Positions 35,518 to 47,673 of a stretch of 64,000 bases of DNA are shown in pieces. Made by a program: the position numbers and the translations under genes. Position 1 is the first letter of the stretch. Each line of letters opens with the position of its first letter. Location of the stretch: assembly GCF_006345805.1 (NCBI RefSeq), contig NC_043026.1:13991579-14055578 (forward strand), read 5' to 3'. A model generated the notes under the pieces. The model saw only the letters and a list, made by a program, of their open reading frames with translations, searched no databases and was not told where the DNA came from. The DNA comes from Octopus sinensis (lineage: Eukaryota).

Positions 35518-36172
35518 TAATTTCAACAATTGAGGGTAAAATTAATTAATTATTAATCAATTTCACCAAGTATTCAGTATGTAAAGGGACCATTATAGGC
35601 GAATTCAAAATATTACATTATATATAAGGGCTTAGTAAAATAAATTACTTTGCCACATACTGAACTCATTAGAAATAGCAGCTAAAGAAATTTCTTCAGC
35701 TATTTCTAATACTTAAAGAAGATCTCTCTCAGATAGTGTTTGCCTAAACCAACTCACAAAAGTATGGGGGAAAAAACATTAAAAAATCAAGTGCAAAGGT
35801 TATTTGAGAACGTACGTTTCTAGATTAGTCAATTCGACATTTCTTTCTTCAGCTCAGAATTCCTTGAATCGGATTTGGGAACACTGAAAGTCGGGAGCAT
35901 ACCCTTTCGGCTTCTAATCACCTCTAGAATTCTGCTCGAACTAAAAGTGCTATCAAATTCGAATATGCAAGCGAAGAATTTCTGCTCTCCCCTTTCCACC
36001 AGCGTGGGTTAAAATTGACAAACACCATGTATTAACGGTGAAAACTGCAGATCTCTGAGAGAGATCTTCTTTAAGTATTAGAAATAGCTGAAGAAATTTC
36101 TTTAGCTGCTATTTCTAATGAGTTCAGTATGTGGCAAAGTAATTTATTTTACTAAGCCCTTATATATAATAT
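35518..36172. repeat. Diverged copy of the 543-bp HHR unit plus an inverted partial copy
   Basis: 35518-36040 aligns to the 22376 unit; about 36055-36172 is the reverse complement of part of it. Confidence 0.85.
35805..35856 (-). ncRNA. Hammerhead motif in the diverged unit
   Basis: Minus strand TGAG-CTGAAGA-AAGAAATGTCGAATTGACTAATCTA-GAAA-CGTACGT-T-CTCA; core and stems I and III are conserved while the flanks diverge. Confidence 0.72.
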
Positions 36173-36196
36173 ATATTATATATATATATATATATG

Positions 36197-36241
<45 letters not shown>

Positions 36242-36425
36242 ATATATATATGTGTGTGTATATATATATATGTCCAGCATTTCTCTCAAGGTGCTTACAC
36301 TCTGTCGTGCGTGCACACTGACATTACACATCCAGCGGATCATGCTAGCTTCATTCCTTTCAAGTCTACGCATGTCCTCTGCAGTCATAGCCCATGTTTC
36401 ACTACCGTGAAGCATGGCAGTTCAC

Positions 36426-36473
36426 AAAAACTGTTCGATGAACGGCAACGGGAAACTCAGAGTAACAGGTTTT
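36426..36473 (+). ncRNA. Atypical minimal hammerhead (UCGAUGA core)
   Basis: AAAAACTGT-TCGATGA-ACG-GCAA-CGG-GAAA-CTCAGAGT-A-ACAGGTTTT: stem I CTGT/ACAG, GNRA-capped stem II, quasi-palindromic stem III. Confidence 0.6.
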
Positions 36474-36584
36474 GTTGAATTTTCTGCCGCTTTTAAATAA
36501 AGCATATTACTCTACCACTGGTATTTGAGTACTCTTTTTTCCACCTTGTTTCACATTTATGTGTTTACTCCGGTATATAAATAA

Positions 36585-36631
<47 letters not shown>

Positions 36632-37170
36632 TATATATATATCGGCGGAATTTGAACTCAGAACGTAACGACAGACAAAATACCGCTAAGCATTTCGCCC
36701 GGCGTGCTAACGATTCTGCCAGCTCTAAAATTTGGAAGATTTAAAGTTGTAAAGGTTGTGTCTGGATTGTGAGTAACGAGGTGGAGCAAACACTGAAGTG
36801 CTCCTACAGAGAGTTTGCCTCTTGGGAGCAGGAAAGATTATGGAAAGCTTGAGGACATCCGAGGTTGCAGGGGATAAACCCGTTGCCCACATAAATTCAA
36901 CCGATTCTGAGTCAAGTTGAATAATAACAACAAGAACAATACTGTTATATAAAAATGTTTCAAATTTTATTTCTAAAAACTTTTTCAGTGAGATTCCTGT
37001 CTTGTATAAATAATGAAACCCATTTCTAAATGTTACCCAAATTATTTAGCAGGGGTTTCTTGTTCCGGCTTTGGATCTTTTCACTCTTCACATTGACAAA
37101 ATCTTTGGTTTAAAGTCTACCCACTGGCTTCTTCTATTTAATATTTAACCACTAATTATATTAGCATTAA

Positions 37171-37390
37171 CCCTTTCATTACCAACCCGGCTGAAACCAG
37201 CCCTGGCTCTGAGTACAAATGTTTTGTTTTTATAAGTTCTGAATTAAAATCTTCCACCAAACCTTAGTCACAATTTATGTTCCTAACACTAGCTGAATGA
37301 TAACAAAGTTATTTTACTAAATTCTTTGTTATATTTAAAATAATTGAAAGAAACACAGAGCATCTCAAAATAAATGCAGTAACAAAAGGG
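37171..37390. mobile_element. piggyBac-type MITE family 1
   Basis: TTAA|CCCTTT...AAAGGG|TTAA. Confidence 0.82.
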
Positions 37391-37542
37391 TTAAGAAGAG
37401 AAATAATCAGCAGAAAACATGAGAGAAGGAGACCTCAGTGTGGTCCCTCTATATGCTAGAAATAATAGCCTAAATTTCTTTCAATCCACACCCTTCCAAC
37501 TGCTTCTAATGTCCATCTGCCCAAATGTAGAGGTGTTTTTAA

Positions 37543-37763
37543 CCCTTTCGATACCAACCCAGCTGAAACCTCCTCTAGCTCTTTAGTACAAATGTCTTGT
37601 TTTCATAAGTTTTGAATTAAAATCTTCCACCAAACCTTAGTCACAATTTATGTTCCTAACACTAGCTTAATGATAATTAAGTTATTTTACTAAATTCTTT
37701 GTTAGAATTAAAATAATTGAAAGAAACACAGAGCATCTCAAAACAAATACAGTAACAAAAGGG
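37543..37763. mobile_element. piggyBac-type MITE family 1, second copy
   Basis: TTAA|CCCTTT...AAAGGG|TTAA; homologous to 37171-37390. Confidence 0.82.
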
Positions 37764-37911
37764 TTAATTAATGTTCGCTGAATTTTAGGCTGAGTATTAT
37801 TCCAGTATAAATTCCACCAGTATAAATTCCAGTGTTTTTGATAAAAGTTCAGGCTGTTGTTCCATATAAAAGGACTAATTCTATAATTGCACAGCAAAAA
37901 ATTCCTCTTAA

Positions 37912-38121
37912 CTCTTTGGCATTTAAACCGGCCATATCCGGCCAAAAGTATTCTACCTGTTTTATGTTAAAACTGGCCAGATCTGGTCTCTCACACCAAC
38001 CCTACAATGTCGTTTTAAAAATTAACAGCTACCTCATAGCTACGAGATAATGCATGATTAGTTCAAAACAATGTGGATGAAAAAGGATTAATTATGGTAG
38101 AATAATGCAAACACTAAAGGG
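37912..38121. mobile_element. piggyBac-type MITE family 2
   Basis: TTAA|CTCTTT...AAAGGG|TTAA; reverse copy at about 53632-53853. Confidence 0.78.
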
Positions 38122-38504
38122 TTAAGGTTGCCTGGAAGGGTTGTTTGTTTAGGGTACACTGTGTTACACTGTGCTTAGGCTTGGCCATGTCTTAGAGACT
38201 CATCCCACCAAAAACACCAGCTGTATCAACGTCTCCTGCCTATTTCCACAATTCAAAAACAAGGAGGTTGCACTTTCGCAGACACTGCTGGCAAGTGAAA
38301 CAAGAGCTGTCAAGTGAGCTTTTGTTGCCGATGCCAAAGCATGGCTGTACTTGAACAGATCGTTCACACACAATGTAGGCCAACTCACCAGACACTGAAT
38401 ACCTCCACTGAGATGAATGGCATGCACAGCTTAAAAATGTCCAAGCAAGCTCAACCCAATGATGATAAGGGCTTATCCAGTACTTGTCCCAGTATTTCTG
38501 TTCG

Positions 38505-38687
38505 AGTGGCTGTGTGGTAAGTAGCTTGCTAACCAACCACATGGTTCCGGGTTGAGTCCCACTGCGTGGCATCTTGGGCAAGTGTCTTCTGCTATAGCCC
38601 CGGGCCAACCAATGCCTTGTGAGTGGATTTGGTAGACGGAAACTGAAAGAAGCCCGTCGTATATATGTATGTGTGTATATATATATA

Positions 38688-38730
<43 letters not shown>

Positions 38731-39140
38731 TGCAGGAGTGGCTGTGTGGTAAGTAGCTTGCTAACCAACCACATGGTTCCGGGTTCAGTCCCACTGCGTG
38801 GCATCTTGGGCAAGTGTCTTCAGCTATAGCCCCGAGCCGACCAATGCCTTGTGAGTGGATTTGGTAGACGGAAACTGAAAGAAGCTTGTCGTATATATGT
38901 ATATATATATGTGTATGTGTATGTGTATATGTTTGTGTGTCTGTGTTTGTTCCCCTAGCATTGCTTGACAACCGATGCTAGTGTGTTCACGTCCCCGTCA
39001 CTTAGCGGTTCGGCAAAAGAGACCGATAGAATAAGTACTGGGCTTACAAAGAATAAGTCCTGGGGTCAAGTTGCTCGACTAAAGGCGGTGCTCCAGCATG
39101 GCCGCAGTCAACTGACTGAAACAAGCAAAAGAGTAAAAGA
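38505..39140 (+). mobile_element. SINE family A, partial plus full copy in tandem
   Basis: The 5' half is repeated, separated by (TA)n. Confidence 0.88.
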
Positions 39141-39236
39141 GAGTAATATATATACATACTCTGTGTGTGTATATCTATATATTTATGTATGTGTCTATCT
39201 ATCTATCTATCTATCTATATATATATATATATATGA

Positions 39237-39870
39237 CAGAGTGTAAGTACCTTGAGAGAAATGTTGGACCTAAGAAGCATCAGTTGTGGTGTGCAAGAGA
39301 GACAATTGCGCTGGTATGATCATGAGTTGAGAATGGATGAACATAGCTGCATGAAAAAGTGCCACACCCTAGCGGATGAGGGGGACCCATGGCCTTTACC
39401 AGTGATGTATCCAGCCCAATTATGCGTACCTTTCCTTCTTTGGGCACAAAACTCTGCTTTGCGAAGACCTGTTGAGGCAAGTGAGATCGAAATCGAACAA
39501 AATTCAATGATTGGCACCCGTGCCAGTGGAGTGCTATCAGCCGCATCTGAGCGGGACCACTGCCAGAGCAGCTGTCTGGCTTCTATGCCGGTGGGCACGT
39601 AAAAAGCACCATTTGAGTGTGATCGTTACCAGCATCGCCTTACATTCGAGTGAGGTCGTTGCCAGTACCGCTGGACTGGCCCCCTCCTGCCAGTGGCACG
39701 TAAAAGCACCTACTACACTCTCAGAGTAGTTGGCTTTGGGAAGGGCATCCACCTGTAGAAACTCTGCCAGATCAGATTGGAGCCTGGCGCAGCCGTCTTG
39801 TTCGCCAGTCCTCAGTCAAATCGTCCAACCCATGCTAGCATGAAAAGCGGACATTAACTGATGATCATGA
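39237..39870 (+). mobile_element. RTE LINE 3' fragment with internal deletion
   Basis: LREMLDLRSISCGVQERQLRWY...KKCHTLA followed by the RTE 3'UTR. Confidence 0.82.
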
Positions 39871-40289
39871 TGAGGATTCTGCGTGTGTATATTTATATAT
39901 ACTGTGTGTGTGTCTATCTATCTATCCGAAGCCTTATGATATTTTTGTAAATGTCTCATTTATATCTATATATTGACCTACCATAAAAGGCTAATATTGA
40001 TAAAATGAGACATACTTATTTACATGGCCGAAACAGCTGTAAGATGTAATCTATACTTATATTTATATTCTCTTTTTTATATATATTCTACTTATTATAC
40101 AACATTACTCTTTTATGTACACTTTTTTTATGTACACTGATTTGTTCTGCTTTTTTATGTTTAACCCTACAGTCTCTTATGTGGTGGTTTAATAAAGTAT
40201 GTGATTGAGTATTATCTGGTAATTGATATTTGATTTAGATGTATTTCTCCATTTTCTTATCTTGTATATATATATATATATATATATAT

Positions 40290-40493
40290 GTGGAGGCGCA
40301 ATGGCCCAGTGGTTAGGTCGGAGGATCGCGGTTTCGATTCCCAGACCGGGCGTTGTGTGTGTTTATTGAGCGAAAACACCTAAAAGCTCCACGAGGCTCC
40401 GGCAGGGAATAGTGGTGATCCCTGCTGTACTCTTTCACCACTCTAAAGGCGGTGCTCCAGCATGGCCGCAGTCAAATGACTGAAACAAGTACA

Positions 40494-40495
<2 letters not shown>
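40290..40495 (+). mobile_element. Chimeric SINE: family D head joined to family A 3' tail
   Basis: GGAGGCGCAATGGCCCAGTGG...CTCTTTCACCACT|CTAAAGGCGGTGCTCCAGCATGGCCGCAGTCAAATGACTGAAAC. Confidence 0.8.
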
Positions 40496-40524
<29 letters not shown>

Positions 40525-40673
40525 TAGTTCAGTTTTATCCATAAATATGTGGATATTCTATTTCAGATTAATTTGTGTAATTTATTCACCACATCCTGTA
40601 TATAAGGGTGGAAAAAGGGAGGGTAAAATCGTGACATCTATAAATTATGTATATGATCATGATGATAATATAT

Positions 40674-40717
<44 letters not shown>

Positions 40718-40737
40718 ATATATAATATATATATATA

Positions 40738-41136
40738 TCTTTATATATAAAAGAGAGGTAGTGTGCTGTCTGTCTCCTACGATTTAGATTCCTAACTACT
40801 CCCACATTTTGCGGTGCAGTTTAACCAAAACCGGGTATCTTATAGTCGTGATTCATATCGAGCCCTTCTGGGTATTAGCGCACGTCTACGATGAGTCTAC
40901 GATTTAAAATAAAATTTACCATCAATTTTTCCCATTTTTAATGCATTTTTGGCCTATATAAGGGAAGTAACTCTCTAAAAATGTATTATTAAATCTCAGA
41001 ACGTAAAAAGCTACAGTAACACCCCCCCCCCTTTGTGGTTAGCCATATTGAGATGGCTATTATACTTTACATCTCTAAAAATGCTTATATAGTTATTTCC
41101 CTTACAAACCCGAGCAATGCCGGGCGATACTGCTAG
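40738..41136 (+). mobile_element. Non-autonomous Helitron family 1 (~400 bp)
   Basis: A|TCTTTATATATAAAAG ... CCCGAGCAATGCCGGG hairpin ... CTAG|T; no TSD. Confidence 0.9.
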
Positions 41137-41244
41137 TATATATATATGTATGTACAATTGTATTAGTAGCAAGAGAGAGAGAGAGAGCAGGCTGGGTGGG
41201 AGGCGGAAAGTGAAAAGTTGAGAATTAAAAGATAGGGGAGCGGG

Positions 41245-41350
41245 TTAAGACTTTTTCACAGCTGTGTCTGTGTACGGGGGTAACCTGTTTGGGGCCTTCT
41301 CTGGTTTACACAGACCTGTGTTGCACGGGGCTGATGTCATAGAGATATGC
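41245..41350 (-). CDS. RNF207: RNF207 probable terminal coding exon (R-HISMTSAPCNTG...AVKKS*)
   Basis: Strong acceptor GTTTTTTCTTGTTTCAG|, phase 2 matching the previous exon, in-frame TAA; the peptide itself is not recognisably conserved. Confidence 0.6.
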
Positions 41351-41559
41351 CTGAAACAAGAAAAAACAGCAACATTTAGATGAGGAGGGAAATTAGAGAT
41401 TTTTTCTTTATTTCACAAGTTACAGCATTCAACACATCACAATAAAATGCATTTATGGATAGACGGGATTATCATATACACCTGTACACTCATATCTGTC
41501 ATACATATACATTACTTATAAGGCGCATATGTTATATACAATAAAAAACTCAATGACTG

Positions 41560-42200
41560 GCATCCATGCTAGCGGGGTGCAAAGAGCACCATACGAGTGT
41601 GATTGTTGCCAGAGCGGCTAACTGGCTTCCGTGCCGGAGACACGTTAAAGGCACCATTCAAGTGTGATTGTTACCAGCGTCGCCTTATTGACACTTGTGC
41701 CCGTGATAGTAGGGTACCAAGAGCACCATACGAGTGTGATCGTTGCCAGAGCGGCTAACTGGCTTCCGTGCCGGTGACATATAAAAGGCACCATTCAAGT
41801 GTGATTGTTACCAGCGTCGCCTTACTGGCACTTGTGCTCGTGCTAGTAGGGTACCAAGAGCACCATACGAGCGTGATCGTTGCCAGAGCGGCTAACTGGC
41901 TTCCATGACATGTAAAAGGCACCATTCAAGCATGATCGTTACCAGCGTCGCCTTACTGGCACCTGTGCCAGTGGCATGTGTAAAAAGATTTGAGCGAGAT
42001 CATTGCCAGTACCGCCTGACTGGCACGTAAAAGCACCCGCTACACTCTCGGAGTGGTTGGCATTAGGAAGGGCATCATGCTGTAGAAACTCTGCCAGATC
42101 AAGACTGGAGCCTGGTGCAACCATCTGGTTTGCCAGCACTATGTCAAAATCATCCCACCCATGCTAGCATGGAAAGCAGACGTTAAACGATGATGATCAT
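41560..42200 (+). mobile_element. RTE-type 3'UTR with ~3 x 146-bp internal repeats
   Basis: Repeated GAGCACCATACGAGTGTGATCGTTGCCAGAGCGGCTAACTGGC units ending in the RTE tail. Confidence 0.78.
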
Positions 42201-42925
42201 CATTAGCATCATTAGCATCCATTTTCTATGCCAGCATGGGTTGGCTGGTTTCACAGAAGCTGGCCAACCAGAGATTGGAAGTGTTATTATGTGCATTGCC
42301 TTGTCTTGGCATAAAAGATGACCTACAGCAAATATTTTGCCAAGACCATAGATTTGCTTGTCAGTTGTTTGCCCTTAACCAGTTGAACATGTCCCTTTGT
42401 GGCTGACGATATGTGCATCTCTGACCACAAGCAGGAATACTGGGGGAGCATCATAGTCATGTGTTGAGAAGGATTCTTTGGGGTTTGGATAATTCACCTC
42501 AGGGAACATGGTGGTTTCATGTACCATCCCTAAACATCCCTTATTCAGGGACCTTTTGAGTGGGATGGGCTAGTCGACCGGAATAAAAATTCTAACTGGG
42601 CCCCACCTGCAAGGTCATGTGCTGTTTATCTTGATATGAGATCTCCATCATCATCATCATCATCATCGTTTAGCGTCCGTTTTCCATGCTAGCATGGGTT
42701 GTGCATATATAGTTGTGATGCATGTGTCTGGTGTACCCTTATCAGACGGGTAGTCATGATGGGTATATTGGATTTTGTATAATTGTACCCCAGTGTCACT
42801 TTGATGGCATGCACTGTTCTCTCACTCCATAATAACAAGAACAACAACGAAAACAATAATAATAATAGTAACAAGAACAACAACAATAATAATAACAACA
42901 ATAGTAATAATAATAATAACAATAG

Positions 42926-45092
42926 CCGGTGGCACGTAAAAAGTACCATCCGATCGTGGCCGCTGCCAGCCTTCCCTGGCACCTGTGCCGGTGGCACGTA
43001 AAAAGCACCCACTATACTCACGGAGTGGTTGGCATTAGGAAGGGCATCCAGCTGTAGAAACATTGCCAGATCAGACTGGGCCTGGTGCAGCCTCCTGGCT
43101 TCCCAGACCCCGGTCGAACCGTCCAACCCATGCTAGCATGGAAAATGGACGTTAAACGATGATGAAGGCGTTAGGAAGGGCATCCAGCTGTAGAAACACT
43201 GCTAGATCAGACTGGAGCCTGGTGCAGCCTCCTGGCTTCCCAGACCCCAGTCGAACCGTCCAACCCGTGCTAGCATGGAAAATGGACGTTAAACGATGAT
43301 GAAGGCGTTAGGAAGGGCATCCAGCTGTAGAAACACTGCTAGATCAGACTGGAGCCTGGTGCAGCCTCCTGGCTTCCCAGACCCCGGTCGAACCATCCAA
43401 CCCATGCTAGCATGGAAAATGGACGTTAAACGATGATGAAGGCGTTAGGAAGGGCATCCAGCTGTAGAAACACTGCCAGATCAGACTGGAGCCTAGTGCA
43501 GCCTCCTGGCTTCCCAGACCCCGGTCGAACCGTCCAACCCATGCTAGCATGGAAAATGGATGTTAAACGATGATGAAGGCGTTAGGAAGGGCATCCAGCT
43601 ATAGAAACACTGCTAGATCAGACTGGAGCCTGGTGCAGCCTCCTGGCTTCCCAGACCCCAGTTGAACCGTCCAACCCATGCTAGCATGGGAAGCGGACGT
43701 TAAACGATGATGAAGGCGTTAGGAAGGGCATCCAGCTGTAGAAACACTGCCAGATCAGACTGGAGCCTAGTGCAGCCTCCTGGCTTCCCAGACCCCGGTC
43801 GAACCGTCCAACCCATGCTAGCATGGAAAAGGACGTTAAACGATGATGAAGGCGTTAGGAAGGGCATCAGCTGTAGAAACACTGCTAGATCAGACTGGAG
43901 CCTGGTGCAGCCTCCTGGCTTCCCAGATCCCAGCTGAACCGTCCAACCCATGCTAGCATGGGAAGCGGACGTTAAATGATGATGAAGGCGTTAGGAAGGG
44001 CATCCAGCTGTAGAAACACTGCCAGATCAGACTGGAGCCTGGTGCAGCCTCCTGGCTTCCCAGACCCCGGTCGAACCGTCCAACCCATGCTAGCATGGAA
44101 AATGGACGTTAAACGATGATGAAGGCGTTAGGAAGAGCATCCAGCTGTAGAAACACTGCCAGATCAGACTGGAGCCTGGTGCAGCCTTCTGGCTTCCCAG
44201 ACCCCAGTTGAACCGTCCAACCCATGCTAGCATGGAAAGCGGATGTTAAACGATGATGAAGGCATTAGGAAGAGCATCCAGCTGTAGAAACACTGCCAGA
44301 TCAGACTGGAGCCTGGTGCAGCCTTCTGGCTTCCCAGACCCCAGTTGAACCGTCCAACCCATGCTAGCATGGGAAGTGGACGTTAAACGATGATGAAGGC
44401 GTTAGGAAGGGCATCCAGCTGTAGAAACACTGCCAGATCAGACTGGAGCCTGGTGCAGCCTCCTGGCTTCCCAGACCCCAGTTGAACCGTCCAACCCATG
44501 CTAGCATAGAAAGCGGATGTTAAACGATGATGAAGGCGTTAGGAAGGGCATCCAGCTGTAGAAACACTGCCAGATCAGACTGGAGCCTGGTGCAGCCTTC
44601 TGGCTTCCCAGAACCCAGTCGAACCGTCCAACCCATGCTAGCATGGAAAATGGACGTTAAACGATGATGAAGGCGTTAGGAAGGGCATCCAGCTGTAGAA
44701 ACACTGCTAGATCAGACTGGAGCCTGGTGCAGCCTCCTGGCTTCCCAGACCCCAGTTGAACCGTCCAACCCATGCTAGCATGGGAAGCGGACGTTAAACG
44801 ATGATGAAGGCGTTAGGAAGGGCATCCAGCTGTAGAAACACTGCCAGATCAGACTGGAGCCTAGTGCAGCCTCCTGGCTTCCCAGACCCCGGTCGAACCG
44901 TCCAACCCATGCTAGCATGGAAAATGGACGTTAAACGATGATGAAGGCGTTAGGAAGGGCATCCAGCTGTAGAAACACTGCTAGATCAGACTGGAGCCTG
45001 GTGCAGCCTCCTGGCTTCCCAGACCCCAGTCGAACCGTCCAACCCATGCTAGCATGGGAAGCGGATGTTAAACGATGATGATGATGATGATG
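42926..45092 (+). repeat. 15 x 137-bp tandem array of the RTE 3' terminus
   Basis: Unit starts at 43030, 43167, 43304, 43441, 43578, 43715, 43851, 43987, 44124, 44261, 44398, 44535, 44672, 44809 and 44946. Confidence 0.95.
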
Positions 45093-45134
45093 AATAATCT
45101 GTATAGACCTGATTATTTTGATAAAATCACTAAC

Positions 45135-45230
45135 CTGTGTTGTGAGTCTGGGTTGGTTATAGTATTGATTTGTTCGAACAATGCATGGATTTGGTTCTCG
45201 TGGTCAGCATCTTTACTAGATTGGGCTAAC
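45135..45230 (-). CDS. RNF207: RNF207 exon (K-LAQSSKDADHENQIHALFEQINTITNPDSQH-R)
   Basis: Acceptor TTCCTCTTCTTCTATTTCCAG|, donor CAG|GTTAGT, 96 nt, phase 2-2, open frame. Confidence 0.8.
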
Positions 45231-45313
45231 CTGGAAATAGAAGAAGAGGAACTAGTACAGTCTCTTTTCTCTCTCAATCTCTCTTCATATGTGTAGACAG
45301 ACAGACAGACAGG

Positions 45314-45450
45314 TAACTTTCTTTATTGGCCACACAGGGCTGAACACAGAGGGGACAAATATAAAATGTAGAGCTTTCCTTTTCAAAAATGAAAAAGAAA
45401 AAGGGAGCAAGCTGAATAGAAAGTAAGCAACGTTTTTGAAACATGAAATT
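45314..45450 (-). mobile_element. Tx1-like LINE 3'-end fragment abutting (GACA)n
   Basis: Same terminus as the elements ending at 61667 and 63033. Confidence 0.72.
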
Positions 45451-45461
45451 CATCACAAAAT

Positions 45462-45663
45462 ACTCTTTTACTCTTTTACTCGTTTCAGTCATTTGACTGC
45501 GGCCATGCTGGAGCACCGCCTTTAGTCGAGCAAATCAACCCCGGGACTTATTCTTTGTAAGCCCAGTACTTATTCTATCGGTCTCTTTTGCCGAACCGCT
45601 AAGTGACGGGGACGTAAACACACCAGCATTGGTTGTCAAGCAATGCTAGGGGGACAAACATAG

Positions 45664-45702
<39 letters not shown>

Positions 45703-45875
45703 CATATATACGACAGACTTCTTTCAGTTTTCGTCTACCAAATCCACTCACAAGGCATTGGTCGGCCCGGGGCTATAGCAGAAGACACTTGCCCAAGATG
45801 CCTCGCAGTGGGATTGAACTCGGAACCATGTGGTTGGTTAGCAAGCTACTTACCACACAGCCACTCCTGCGCCTA
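45462..45875 (-). mobile_element. SINE family A copy
   Basis: Family A match. Confidence 0.9.
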
Positions 45876-45894
45876 TATTTCAACAATGCGGAAA

Positions 45895-46235
45895 TTTTAT
45901 TCATAAAAAATGAAGCACCATTACAATCAACCCGTTTTTGCAAACGAGTTAAAAGCTCGTTTACTCCAGTAGCATAAAAATCTGGAGTTCTGGAACTGAT
46001 GAACACTTTGAAAGCACTTTCAGCATCCGTTTGATTTTTGAACCCCTTCTCTCACAGGAAACCATCAGAGTGCTTGAAAAAGTGGTAGTCGGTAGGAGAA
46101 AGGTCTGGGTAATAATCTGGGTGGAGAAGAACTTCGTAGCCAAGTTCCCTCAACTTTTGGAGCATCATTAACGAAACGAGTGGTCAAGAATTGTCCTGAA
46201 TTATTGGCCTTCTTCTGCTGACCAGTCTAGGACAA
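45895..46235 (-). pseudogene. mariner-type transposase C-terminal fragment
   Basis: QDNS*P...LQKLRELGYEVLLHPDYYPDLSPTDYHFF...FY.TGVNELLTRLQKRVDCNG resembles the mariner HDNARPH / YSPDLAP.DYHLF / GI..L..RWQKC..NG motifs. Confidence 0.78.
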
Positions 46236-46254
46236 AGGAGTAGCAGTTTTACTT

Positions 46255-46855
46255 TCATTTTAGTTAGTTAGTTAATTTTTTGGCTCAAAAAGCAGAAAGC
46301 AAGGCCATGTAGGGGGACATGGAGTTATGTACAGGGTGGTGTTCATGTAAAGAGTTCAGGCCACTTGAGGTCAAGGGAGACTTTGAACCGAGCGGTCGTC
46401 AGCATCTTCACCATCTCGTCTGGCAGCTTATTCCACGGATCTGCAACCCGGACGGAGAAAGCCCCTCTCCTTCGATTGAGATGAAATCGTCGCAGATAGA
46501 GCTTTTCGGAATGACCCCGCAGCCGACGCTCTGGAGCAGAAGTGAAGAACAGCTCTTTCGAGAGGTTACACTTTCCGCTTATGATGTTGTGAGCGAGAAT
46601 GAGATCACCACGTCGGCGTCGTTTTTTTGAGAGAATAAAGGTCGGGCGTCTTCAGCCTTTCTTCATAAGACAAATTCTTGAGACCAAGAACCATGCGGGT
46701 AGCCAGCTTCTGGACTCTTTCGAGATGCTGTATGCCTTTGAGGAGACATGGAGAAGAGGCTTGAATCCCGTACTCCAATATGGCTTTTCTGCAGTAATTG
46801 TTTAGAGTGGATGAGTCCTGCACTACACTACCAAACAGACACCATAACCTTCTTT
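46255..46855 (-). mobile_element. CR1-like LINE 3' fragment (second family, (TAAC)n tail)
   Basis: LEYGIQASSP...LERVQKLATRMV.GL..LSYEERL...LYSL..RRRRGDLI...FSVRVADPWNKLP. Confidence 0.85.
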
Positions 46856-46904
46856 TTGAAGAGCTCGGGTTTAAATATATATATATATATATATATAAAG
46901 ATAT

Positions 46905-47261
46905 ATTTAACCACATGGTTCCAGGTTCAATCCCACTGCATGGCATCTTGGGCAAGTGTCTTCTGCTATAGCCCCGGGCCGACCAATGCCTTGTGAGTGG
47001 ATTTGGTAGACGGAAACTGAAAGAAGCTTGTCGTATATATGTGTGTGTATGAGTTTGTGTGTCTGTGTTTGTCCCCATAGCATTGCTTGACAACCGATGC
47101 TGGTGTGTTTACGTCCCCGTCACTTAGCGGTTCGGCAAAAGAGACCGATAGAATAAGTACTGGGCTTACAAAGAATAAGTCCCGGGGTCGATCTACTCGA
47201 CTAAAGGCGGTGCTCCAGCATGGCCACAGTCAAATGACTGAAACAAGTAAAAGAGTAAAGA

Positions 47262-47262
<1 letters not shown>
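46905..47262 (+). mobile_element. SINE family A copy (5'-truncated)
   Basis: Family A match. Confidence 0.88.
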
Positions 47263-47303
<41 letters not shown>

Positions 47304-47636
47304 CAAATGAAAATTGTAGTTAAGACATCCGTGCCGGTGACACGTAAAAAGCACTGTCCGAGCGTCGCAGATGCCAGCACCGCCTGACTGGCATCCGTGT
47401 CGGTGACACATAAAGCACCATCCGATCGTGGCCGTTTGTCAGCCTGCTCTGGCCCCTGTGCCGGTGGCACGTAAAAAGCATCCACTACACTCATGGAGTG
47501 GTTGGCGTTAGGAAGGGCATCCAGCTGTAGAAACACTGCCAAATCGGACTAGAGCCTGGTGCAGCCTCCATGGCTTACCAGACCCCGGTCAAACTGTCCA
47601 ACCCATGCTAGCATGGAAAACAGACGTTAAATGATG

Positions 47637-47673
<37 letters not shown>

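Noticed and set aside
38150-38490. Very old RTE-like coding remnant
   Set aside because: Only faint motif resemblance across multiple stops and frameshifts.
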